DNA from: Octopus vulgaris
Taxonomy: Eukaryota
Direction of reading: 5' to 3'
Length of the DNA: 64,000 nt
NCBI GenBank assembly: GCA_951406725.2
Contig: OX597820.1
Coordinates: 87,854,001-87,918,000 of the forward strand
The notes under the pieces were generated by a model. The model was given only the letters and a program-made list of their open reading frames with translations, was not told the DNA's origin and searched no databases. Within the stretch, counting starts at the first letter, position 1, and the number at the start of each line of letters is the position of its first letter. Positions 52,004 to 64,000 of the stretch are shown here, one piece after another. The position numbers were made by a program, and so were the translations under genes.

Positions 52004-54110
52004 TCAGGGATGACATCGACTTCCTGTCCCATCTTCCCAAAACAACAGAAACAAATTCAGTTTTACTAAGTTTTGATGTGGTAAGCCTCTACACCAATAT
52101 TCCACACGATTTAGGAATAAAGCCGATTAAATACTGGTTAGAAAAGCATAGAGAAGTGATTCCCAGCAGATTCACAGTGCCATTTATATTAGACACAGTC
52201 AAACTTATTCTAGAAAATAACACATTCTTCTTCAATGGAAAGAATTACATCCAAATTAGAGGCACGGCGATGGGAACGAGGTTTGCTCCCGTTTACGCCA
52301 ACTCTGTAATGGGATACTTAGAAGAACAACTCTACCAAGAGGTGGAGGTAAACTATGGCACTGGATTTAGAAAGTATATTGAAAAGGCATGGAAGAGATA
52401 CCTAGACGACTGTTTCATAATCTGGACAGAATCTCTAAATACTCTGGAAGAGTTCAATATCCTCCTGAACAACCTACACCCATCTCTCAAATTTACAAAG
52501 GAGATGAGTAGTACCAAATTACCATTCCTGGATATAATGGTAATTAAAAAAGACACCACCATCACAACAGATATATACTATAAACACAGACACACATCAA
52601 TACCTAAATTTTAAGTCGTGCCATCCACCACATACAAAACGTAACATCCCATACTGCCTAGCCAGAAGAATTTGTACTATTGTAGAAGATGCAAATATCA
52701 GGAACAAACGCCTAATAGAACTAAGAGAATTTTTGCTCAAACAAAAATACCCATCTCTACTTATAGAAAATGGCATACAGCGGGCTATAAAAATACCTAT
52801 ACAACAACTTAGGACAACCCAAGGAAGAGGAAAACAAGAACAAGTCATACCATTCATAGTGACACACAACCCATGTCACCAGAATATCTTCAACATTGCC
52901 AAAGCAAACCTACCAATCATTGCCCAAAGTAATGAATTAAAAGACATAATCAAGGATCGAGCTATGGTGCTTAGTAAAAGACAGCCTAAAAACTTGAAAA
53001 CATTACTAACAAAGGCAAAATTTGACCTCAGCAACAAAGACCAAACATTCACGGTATCTAAATGCAATGATAGCCGATGTGGCACATGCCAATTCATACA
53101 TACCGGTCAATATATAAACACAAAAACCGGGAAAATATTCACAAACGCGAATATGAACTGCAAAAGCAGAAATTTAATTTACTGCATCAAATGCCCAAAT
53201 TGTGAAGAAATATATGTAGGTCAGACGGGAAACGTACTATTAGAACGCTCACGTGTACACCGGCAACAGATTAGAGACCCAGAGGTCCGTCAGATACCTT
53301 TGAGTAACCACCTAGCAACATGTGGTCGGAAAATATATATAATATTTCCATTCTACAAATTACACAGCCCAAGTGAAATCGAGAGGAAAATCAGAGAAAA
53401 GAATTTTATTGATAAATTCGAACCCAAGCTAAATAAGCAATAATAATAATACTTAGAGGTATTACTTCCACTGCTACGACCATGACCACTAACAACAACA
53501 ACAATACTAAAGGTGATCAAGACGAAGATAGCAGGAAAATTACCTTATTTAGGGTTAAAAGTTCTATTGCCACCACCATCACCACTAGCAACAATAATTA
53601 AGGTGCTGACAATGATGATGATGACAATTGAAATATAAAAATATAAAAATCTCTGACAAAGGATATTTACAACATTTCTAAAAATAACCCAACAATTGCT
53701 GCTTCGGCCAGGGTCAAGATACAGGACTCTTGACCTGTCCAACAAAGCGTGATGCCTAAACCAATCAGCTCAACCAACCAATCAGCTTAAGTAATTGAGT
53801 GATACTACACACTGATTGGTCAGAATACAGTTTGCAAAACCTAGCACTCTGGAGCCTACCCAGCTGTATTTATAGCACAGAATCACTCATCTTGCTACAG
53901 TCAAAAATTGTGAAGCATGACTGTCAACACTACTACATGAACCCGAAGATTGCAGAATTCAATGCATGAAAGTACTAGTTCAATCAGAATGAATATTTAA
54001 CATTCTACTATTTCATTTTATTTTATTCAATTATAATATATTATCTTATAATATATCATTATAAGATTGTAAATAAAACGTGAAAATCAGACAAGGTTGG
54101 AATTCTTTTT
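52000..54110 (+). mobile_element. 5'-truncated Penelope-like element (RT + GIY-YIG), one frameshift
   Basis: SFDVVSLYTNIP, GTAMG, RYLDD, LPFLD; frameshift at about 52585; then QYLNFKSCHPPH, Cys linker CNDSRCGTC and NLIYCIKC..IYVGQTG; stop at 53443; 3' boundary approximate. Confidence 0.92.
53938..53982 (+). ncRNA. minimal hammerhead ribozyme motif in the PLE 3' region
   Basis: tgaac-CCGAAGA-t-tgca(gaattcaa)tgca-t-GAAA-gtac-TA-gttca; 5-bp stem I, palindromic AGTACT stem III; U4 replaced by C. Confidence 0.65.
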
Positions 54111-54144
54111 ATTAATATATTCTTCTATACACAATCACACACAC

Positions 54145-54210
<66 letters not shown>

Positions 54211-54636
54211 CTTGCTATGTCATCCGTTCGCCTTGCACGCACTAACATATACATATTTTTTGTTTTTTTATCTCGCCTCACACACACATACACACACGCA
54301 CACGCACACACTCACACATACATACACACGCACACACACATACCTCCCTGTGATCTGCCTTTCTGACTTGCTAGGGTACCCCCACATCACTCCCTTAATT
54401 CTACTACTGCCTGCTACTAGCCACTGTCCACCATACACACACGCACACACTCACACACACACCCTTGTCATCTCGCACACCTTTTTTACCATTCCCTCTT
54501 TGATTCAGCTCTCCTGTTTTTAAAAAACATTTTCCTCCTTTTTTACCACTTCCGTCTTTTTAGTATGTGACCTCGTGAAGACTACCTGCAATTTTTTTCC
54601 TCTGTCCTCCCGTCTCGAGATCTTTCTTTCTCCTAT

Positions 54637-54671
54637 GTTTCCGACGAAGAACTCCGCTCGAAACGTCATAC
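54637..54671 (+). ncRNA. degenerate minimal hammerhead motif in a short repeat
   Basis: gttt-CCGACGA-a-gaac(tcc)gctc-GAAA-CG-TC-atac; homologous copy at 4712-4746. Confidence 0.5.
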
Positions 54672-54809
54672 CCTCCTTCTTCCATTTTCCTGAGCGCCTA
54701 ATAATAATTATACTAATAATAATTATTCCACGTGTTGTTGTTTTTTCTGTTTTCCCGTTTGGATTAACCTTATATATATACATATATATGTGTGTGTGTG
54801 TGTGTGCGT

Positions 54810-55167
54810 GTAGCAGGAATGACATGTTTAATCATTGCCCGCATGAAAGAAAGTACATTCTATCGTACCTGCGCGTCCCACCTTGACTGCAACCACAGGT
54901 CCTCTGCCCCGGCCTTCCGCAAACGACCTTCCACCAATGCAATAGAGAGATGGATGTTATTGTTTCACTTTTGACACGAAATACCTAAATAGTGGAGGAG
55001 ATATGATATTGCTGTGGGCTCGCACTAGGCAAGAAGTTAAACATTTTTTTGGCCTATGACACTACATGGACCCTAAGTAAGGCATGTGTAAAATTTGAAT
55101 GAAATTGGTTGTGTAGTTCTCAAGTTTTAGGGATTCACACAGACATACAGAAACACATTCTCATCTT

Positions 55168-55170
<3 letters not shown>
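54810..55170 (+). mobile_element. possible non-autonomous Helitron/Helentron (DINE-1/Lep1-like)
   Basis: The 3' part tgtaaaatttgaatgaaattggttgtgtagtt..cagacatacaga..ctttata resembles these elements; embedded in microsatellites. Confidence 0.4.
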
Positions 55171-55547
<377 letters not shown>

Positions 55548-55964
55548 TCACACCCATCCACGTTCACTACTCTCGGTGAGTGCTGTTTCAAACAGTACAA
55601 TTCTTCACTTCACATGATTTATAAATTGATATTGATATCAAATGTTGAATGATATGAATTTAATCTCGGTTAGCAATTTCATGTTTTCAAACATTAGAGT
55701 GGAAAATTGTTTTGTCGCTGCAACGCTGTAATATAACTTCCGGTCCTAGGTAGTTATCGCAATCGTGAGCATGCGCAGTGTAACTTGCGTGAACGCCTCC
55801 CATTTGGTAGTGCTTTGTTAGTAGCTCATAAATTTTCTGGATTACAGAATAAATGCTGCGGTCTCGAGAACAGCTGTTGAAAGTTACTTCCATGAATGAA
55901 TGCGCAAATGTAACTTTCGCTCCATGCTACGGTTGTCCTTTCACATTTGGCACCAAATATGTTG

Positions 55965-56057
<93 letters not shown>

Positions 56058-56640
56058 TATACACACTCACATATGTATGTATGTAGGTATGTCTTAATAT
56101 TTTGTTTAGGCTTAGCAATACAAATAACCTGGTTAGAAGTCAGTATACATTTGCTTCAAAACGAAGTACCAGTCGAGTACAGAGAAGCAGTAGGAAATTA
56201 GAATGATAAATAAGTAAACAATTATGCCTAACTGACAGCTGTTTCTGCTATGAGATGCAATGTACCTATAATTGAATACTTGAGTATCACCCTATAGCTT
56301 CATCGGAACCTTAAACATGGTAATCTAAATATCTTATATGGTGCCATTGTAAGCCCTGTTTACCATCATACAAATGGTTGTGGTTTGTTTTACTGGCATT
56401 TGGAGGAATTAACTTAAGGCATCAATGCTACCAAATCACACTTGACGGCCAAGATTTTTTTAAAATTTTGTATCAAGACTGCACATACAAAGAAGACGGT
56501 CAAAGTGTTGATAAAAGAAATTAGGTTCAATGTTTGGAAATTTGAAAAGTTCGAACAATAAATAACAGATAACCACACTCGAACATCGAACGAAGTATAC
56601 AAAATGGACGAAAGTTGAAGAAAGAACTAGTTACAGGCAT

Positions 56641-56714
<74 letters not shown>

Positions 56715-57441
56715 GTGGAGAAGAATGCTTGAAATGATGTTGGATAAATATTTTCAAAAGAAATAAATTGCTAAATATATTACTACTGCCTCATTTTTAT
56801 TTGCAGTTTGCACTGATGTCTAACGTTTCAATTTTAGGAAACTGTTGAGCAGTGAATGTGTTTTTGTTATTCTTTATTGTAATTATTATATTCAAAATAT
56901 GCTAAAAGTACGTTTATATAAAGTTCTACGACGTATTTAGGAAGTCTATGAATTAATAACTGTTTTTCTTTGTATCTTTCTTTTCTTCATGTGTGTATAT
57001 TATTTTGTTCAGTTAGCACGGTTTTAATTCGCATGGGCTTTCCATGGAACCAGTTAATATTATTTAAAGCCTATCTGCCTGTCTTTCTATCTGTCTGTCT
57101 GTCTATTTCTCAAAAGTTCTTCCACCGCTGCCCTCAATCTTTCTCCACTCTCATAGGAGTTCTCCCAATCACCCCCAATAAGGTTTCCCACCACCGCTTT
57201 CACAATAACTTGAAAATAAAAATTAAAAACAAAAATCTATTGATTCGTTGAAAGGTTGAATATCTATCAGTTTATCAGCGGATCGATATGAGCGTACCAC
57301 AACAGCAACCTTGATCGTGTAGATCCACTAGCAAAGGAACAATCCAACAATCTGAGCGGAACAGAAAATTAGAGGGAACATTGGTGCTAAGTCTTCAACT
57401 AAAATACTCCTAAATAAACCTGTCTTGTTGTGAAATATAGT

Positions 57442-57685
57442 GGAGGCATGTGGCTTAGTGGTTAGGGCGTTGGACTCATGATCGTAAGATTGTGGTTTCG
57501 ATTCCTGGATCGTGCGACGGGTTGTGTTCTTGAGCAAAACACTTCATGTCACGTTGCTCGAGTTCACTCAGTTGGCAAAAATAAGTAATCCTGCTACGTG
57601 CCGGCATCCTGTCCAGGTGGAGAATATATGCAGCATGGAAACCGGCCCTACGAGTCTATAGGAATCCGGAAGGAACTTTACTTTG
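57442..57685 (+). mobile_element. tRNA-derived SINE
   Basis: Head ggaggcatgtggcttagtggttagggcg..gtttcgattcc; central cttgagcaaaacact segment shared with 4255-4597. Confidence 0.72.
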
Positions 57686-58037
57686 TTTTGTGAAATATAG
57701 CTTCTTTCTGATACTTGCTTTTGCAACGGAAACTTAAATATTATCAAATCAGTAAATTATCAACGAAAGAGCTTTGCCTGAATCGTTCCATGTTTTAGTT
57801 TAGAACGACAGAGATTGTTGATATATTTCACTTAAACGAGAAAGATAAACTCTTACCGCCATCTTTGTTTGCAAAAAAAAACAAAAAAAACAAAACATAG
57901 GATATTCAATGAACAAAGACCCAGGTAAAGTATAATTTTCTCTTAAACAAAGAAAACAACACTTTCTTCTCTACAGAATTTAATCAAAATTATCTGCGAA
58001 TCTCTTAAAATATAAAAAAAGTATTATCTCGCGCATA

Positions 58038-58100
<63 letters not shown>

Positions 58101-58505
58101 CACACTGCTTTGAAACATTAGAATAACACTTCATCAGTCAGTCCCCACTTTAAAATAAGTCCATATAATGTATGTTTGTATATATCTATAATGTATGTAT
58201 AATGTATACTCTCTGAGTAATTTTATGTAATGTTATCAAGGTCACTCGTAACAGCCGATACATCTACTAAATAAAAGCAGAATTCAAATCCTACCAAGGA
58301 ACATATGCAATTTTCTATTTTTGTAAGCAATTCAATCCAGTGGAAAGATAAACATATTTAGTGAACCACTCGCTTCTGAGTGAGATTATTTCTTAGCTCC
58401 ATCTCTGATAGCAAAATTAAACATTATCAGATCAGTAAATTACTGAATAAATATTATGATTTTGAGATTGCAACATTTTCATTGGCTAACTAATCTAAAC
58501 CTTAG

Positions 58506-58547
<42 letters not shown>

Positions 58548-58559
58548 ACCAAAAATCTA

Positions 58560-58722
58560 ATGGTGGTCTGTATCAGCTGGTGGTGTTCTGTGGAAGCTGT
58601 TAGTGGTGTGTGAAAACTGGTGGTGGTCTGTGGAAACTAATGCTGGTGGGAATAAGGGAAATTAGTGGAGGTGTGTGGAAACTTGTGAAGGTATGAATAG
58701 TGGTGGTGTGTGGAAACTTGAT
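58560..58722. repeat. degenerate minisatellite (ggtggtgtgtggaaact)
   Basis: Directly visible diverged tandem units. Confidence 0.7.
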
Positions 58723-59049
58723 GGTTTACCTTAGTAAATTTTATTTTGTAAGTTAATTTAGATAAGTTTCTATGCCTCAGGCAAGAAAAATTTTAAGAAA
58801 CAATAATTTCTGGGGTTCAGCTCGAGTTGTTGCAGCATCTGCTGCTGTTCGTCGCCCTCTCATCTCTACTTTTCAAATTCCTTTTGGCTGAAAGTCCTCA
58901 AATAGATCTTAATACCATATTTATAACCTCTTGCACCAACATTCACATAACTATTCTTTCAGTACCCATAATGGGATACAGCTCTATAACAGCTTTGTGG
59001 TCTACGAAGGTCATCGGTCTTTACAGACATCACACTACCATATATTGGT

Positions 59050-59250
59050 TTCAAATTTTGGTACAAGGCCAGCAAATTTGAGGGAGCGGGTAAGTCGATT
59101 AAATCGACCCCAGTACTCAACTGGTACTTATTTTATCGACCCCGAAAGAATGAAAAGTAAAGTTCACCTCGGTGGAATTTGAACTCAGTACGTGCAGACG
59201 GACGAAATGCTGCTATGCATTTTGTCCGGCGCGCTAACGATTCTGCCAGA
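59050..59250 (-). mobile_element. SINE family B variant
   Basis: Family B body with an alternative tail; similar copies at 11290-11490, 41960-42170, 48045-48250 and 48290-48440. Confidence 0.75.
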
Positions 59251-59876
59251 TGTCCTCCTTAACCCGACCACATATTGTTTCTTCTTACATCGACGTTCAC
59301 CACCTACCCATACAGTGCTGCTGCGAAACTACTTCTAAGATTTGGACTAATGTACCGAGGTACTAATACTATTTTATCAAATGTGTCTTTGAAGTTTCTT
59401 TTGGGTATTTTTAAAACTGTAGAATTCCTTCTCTTACTCACAGCTCAATGGATGACATGTTTTCAAGAATTTCTTGAAAAAATTGGTTGGTGGTAACAAG
59501 ATCGAAAATTAAAAATGTTTTTTCTCTGCCAAATGGGGAAAATATTTAGAACAAATTCCTCCATCTCAAGTGTTAAGTCCACACAAACAAGGCACAAAAA
59601 ACTATCCAATTCATAAAGTAGTCAAACATATTTGCTTAAAACCACGATCTCGCAAAAATCATATTCACTCAATTAAAAACACAAAAATAGTTTCCAATTA
59701 AAGTACAATGCTAGCAATTTTGAGGGAAAGGGGTAGTTGATGTTATTGACTTCAGTACTTGACTTCATCGACCCAGGAGGGATGAAAGTAAAAGTCGAAT
59801 TTGACAAAATTTGAACTCAAATCATAGAGTCAGAAGATGTACTGTAAAGCATTTTCCCAACTCTGATGAATCTGCA

Positions 59877-59912
<36 letters not shown>

Positions 59913-62900
59913 GGTACAAGTCTAGTAAGTCTGGCGGGAGTGGATAAATTAATACCATCGACCCTAGGATGACCCCCCCAGAGGAAACTGAACACGGAAT
60001 GCTTTAGGACTCACAAATAATAATTGCTTCATTTCTCTGAAAATATTCAATAACAACGATTATAAACAAGTAAAAATAAATGCCGAAAATGCTGAAGGAT
60101 AGGTGATAAGATATTTCCCTGAAAAATTTATTGACCCTGACCATTTGTAAATTATATATTACAAACGTTTACAACATTTCGTAGTCTCACACCATGTACA
60201 AGCAAATTATCGGAACAACGTAAGACCAATCCATCCCTGACTAGCAATTACACAGATAAGAAATAATTCAATTGAAATCCCTATCATCTGACCCAAGTTT
60301 ATTAATAGGGGAATGCGTTGTTCAAAAAGTATCAGCTGCCATAAGCAGAAACGAATAAACCGATAAAAATGATAAGAATATCAACAAAAAGTTGGACTTT
60401 ACCCCACTCAAGCCTCACAAATATTACAGAAAAGTCATAAATGGATACGAAAGGATTGTAAATGAATATTTCACTGTGTATCTTACCTGGAAAAAAAAGC
60501 TATGATTATATACTCGTATACAGTTGAGAGGAAAATAACCCAGATTTAAATGTGTCGCTGGACCTCAAAAGATTAACTAACTACAGAAGATACGTCCTCA
60601 AAACGGAAATATATATAAGAAATTGGCAGTCGGAATAGAACGTTCATTATATAGCATCGAACAACTGAGAATTTAAACCACGAAGATAGACCCAAAACCT
60701 GGTGAACAACTGAAGACAAAACCAAACCCGAGAATGACAGAATACTGACCGACAGAAACCAAACTGAAACAGCACGAACAAAAATAGAAATGAAAGGAAA
60801 TACGAAGGAGATTGAAGAATAAGAAATTCTAAACCTGGATATCAATATGTCTGCAAGAAATAGCTAATAAACCTCCCTGAAATGTCACCGTATTGTCTTA
60901 AATTGTACACGTAAATGATGTAAAACGGAGCACATTATTTCTGGGGAAAAGATTATGGGACTGTCATGACTTGAATGCTTTCGATCCTAGAACTCTTCGA
61001 TAAGAGCTGCTTGGAGGTAGATAACAACAATAACATCAACAACAGCCTCGAGAGAAACTTAGCTCACCACTGCTGGCTTAGAGAAAAACTCTTCTATTTT
61101 ACGTTACTGACGCTGCCTTACAGAAATGTATTGGCACCAATTCAAAACTCAGTGAACTGTTTCTGTAGCTAAAGTACATTAAATAATAACTGTACATACA
61201 CTCAAAATACATTATACAAAAAAAAAAAGAAAAGGTATACCAATATCAAAAACAATAGTTACGTTTCATTCAGTCTTTTAAACAGTTCCAGTAGGTTGTA
61301 TGCAGTTATCTAGTGGTTTGTCTAGGGCAGTGTTTATCAACCTAGGACAATATGGCTCCAAACGGGCCATGGCAATGTACAGTGCAACCACAGAAAAATC
61401 TGGAAATTAGTAGGAGGCACCACAAGCACAATGAAGCGGGTCACAAAGCAACCATTGCTTCTTACTAGAATGTTCTATTGCTGTCTGTGACCCTTTAAAA
61501 TTTACTCACAAAAACATACACAATTATATACACAATATATCTTAACTTTCGTCACGATAGAAAAAAAAGAAAGAAAAGGATTCATTTGACACTTCGATAA
61601 TTATCAATGATGAATCAAGTATCAAGCTGACACTGAAAAGTCTTGTAAAAATTAAATATTTTGTAACTGCTTTGAAAATCATGCATTTGGTGACACTCTA
61701 AGAGTAATTGCCTGCATCCGCTTCGTTGAAATTCGGGACTGTGCTAAAATATTTATGAATGGTAAGCAACTTAGAGAAGAAACCCTAGCTACGAAATATT
61801 ACGAATTTTACTTTCCAAATATATTTGCTGAACGAACAGCTACAAAGTAAAAATACAAATATATTAATTTACGAAACAGCTACCAGTAATTTATTTGTAA
61901 AACTTAATCTATTAAGAATAAATATAATAAGTAATTTATTAATTTTTCCACCCTTGACACTATTAAAGAGGAGCTGGAGTCAATAATATTTTAATGTATA
62001 TTGAGAAGTTGAAGAAATTGCTCAGTAATATAGAAATAATGGAAATAAAGGTTAAAGCTTTCTCAGAAATAAACATTCCAAGTTAGATAACAGCTGATGT
62101 TGATATCAGGCTATAAGAAAGCCTTATTGAATTGCAGAGTAATTAAACTGCTTAATTAAATTTAATTATGGATTCAATAACCTAAAGACAAGTATGAAAT
62201 TGCTATGAAATTCTCATTGCTTTGGCAGGAAGTAAAATTATATTTCATTGCCTTTCCACTTTTTAGGTGATTCAGGTCTTAGCTGAATTTCTTTCCTATC
62301 ATCAAAAGCTTGTAATCGTTTAGACATTGTAATGAAAGATGACCTTCATTTGTTTCTAACAACCATGGACCCTGATATATATATATATATGTATAAACTT
62401 GGGATACTACATGAACCACAAGAGACTTTACTAAAATATAAAGTAATATTTGTTTAGTTTGCTAACGAATTTTTATTTTTGTGCTCAAATAGTAATCCTT
62501 TTTAGCAATTAATTTTCTGGTGTAAACAGAAGTTAAATTAAAAAAAAAGTTTATGCTTGTTGTAGCAAAATTATAAACGCTAATTTTATTAAAGCCGCAA
62601 AATACTTTCGTAAAAGGAAATAAATGTGCAATTAACAGACACTCATATTTTTATGGGGTTTATTAGGTTAATGGTAGCGTGGCGCACTTGACATGCCTGC
62701 TAGAATGGTCACAGGGCTAAACATAAAAGCCCGAAAGGGACACAGCAGGCATCCACAACACATGCGCAAAACACACAACAGCCCTTACAGATAACGGAAG
62801 TCGTGAAAAGGATTTAAGGAGTACGTCAGACAAGACTCTCTCTCTCTCTTTTTCCTTTCGGCAGTCATCTTGCCAGCTGTCAACACCTCGGGCTACTAGC

Positions 62901-64000
62901 TGTCTCTCTCTGTTTCAGCGCCCTACACGTGGTTTCACAATGCCTTTCTCACAGAAGGTATCATTTGATAATGTATCGCGCACACACTGATTCTGTAAGC
63001 GTTACATATCAGGATGCCCTAGCATATTACGAGACATAAATAATCTTCGCTTAACTTTTTTATTGCTTGCTTTCCGCGAAAAGATATTTATGAACACTAC
63101 ACGTACGCCTGTCTTGATGATTCCCTAATATTCCACCATCATAAATACTCCTCTTAAACACCCGAAGTAGAAAACCGGTCGCCTTTGAAAAATAAACCCC
63201 GTTTTTTTTTTTTTTTTCCTTTTTAATATTCAAGGCCCGCGAGCTGGCAGAATGGATCTTTTCAATTCTGAAGCCAGGACCACAGATCTTTCTACTTAAC
63301 TAAATATTCTGAAACTTCGTATGCTGATAGAGTCTAGCAAAACAAGACACAGGTTGGAACTAGTTTATTTGAGAAAAATCTATTTTATGACTTTAATCGT
63401 AGATTAAAACTGCGAATTTTAACCAATCAGATTGTTTGTTTTCATGTGTAAAACTTGACTGCATTCTATTAGTGTGACGTAGAAAGCGCTTTTGTGACGT
63501 ACTAACGTTCGGAAAACTGTAAACAAACACAGAACGTAACGGCAGACGAAATACGGCTACGCATTTCGCCCGGCGTGCTAACGTTTCTGCCAGCTCTTTG
63601 CTTTTTTAATATTAAATTTCTTGCCTTTTGCACAAATAAATACAATAAGTGAAATGAAACGCATTAGCTTAGAAACGAAATCTTGTTAGAAGCCTCGTCA
63701 CTGAGATGCCACTTCTTAATAGCAAACGAAAGCAAGTACTAACAGAATGGAAACATTTTCAATTTAATACATGTGGCTTATTAACTAGTTTTAAATATTG
63801 TTATTAGAAGGTGGCTGACTATAGGATCCTGGAAACATGAGTACGTTAAATAATTAGAAGGAGATTTCACGGAGACATGCGGCTTGTTTACATTTAAGAT
63901 GTTTAATACGTCACCAAATTGGTGGTCGAGACGGAGTAAATAAAATAAAGCCGAATGACGGAATATCATTGGTTAAAATTCTAATTATTAAACAACGTTA

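Noticed and set aside
60170-60850. Possible decayed PLE remnant on the plus strand
   Set aside because: Only faint peptide hints with many stops; too weak to call as a feature.

Overview
AT-rich, repeat-dense animal genomic DNA, most likely an octopus (inferred from the SINE/RTE repeat families and microsatellite load, not proven). The window holds most of a cGMP-dependent protein kinase gene (PRKG1/foraging-like) on the minus strand. I traced 16 GT-AG exons from 37458 down to the stop at 5684. They total 1744 nt, all phases agree, and they encode about 580 aa: CNB-A, CNB-B, kinase and AGC tail. The canonical first exon (leucine zipper and autoinhibitory segment) was not recognised and probably lies beyond 64000. 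The introns contain tRNA-derived SINEs, RTE/CR1/CRE/R4-type LINE fragments, Tc1 and Tigger remnants, hAT-like MITEs, a 5S rRNA pseudogene and a young Penelope-like element (PLE). The most notable observation is a set of minimal hammerhead-ribozyme motifs. One sits in a tRNA-headed element with an inverted partial copy, inserted as a single unit between 17-bp target-site duplications (18059-18567). Also notable are a 60-bp duplication of a kinase exon end with mostly synonymous differences, a phase-compatible candidate alternative first exon (62868-62789) and a candidate recursive splice site.
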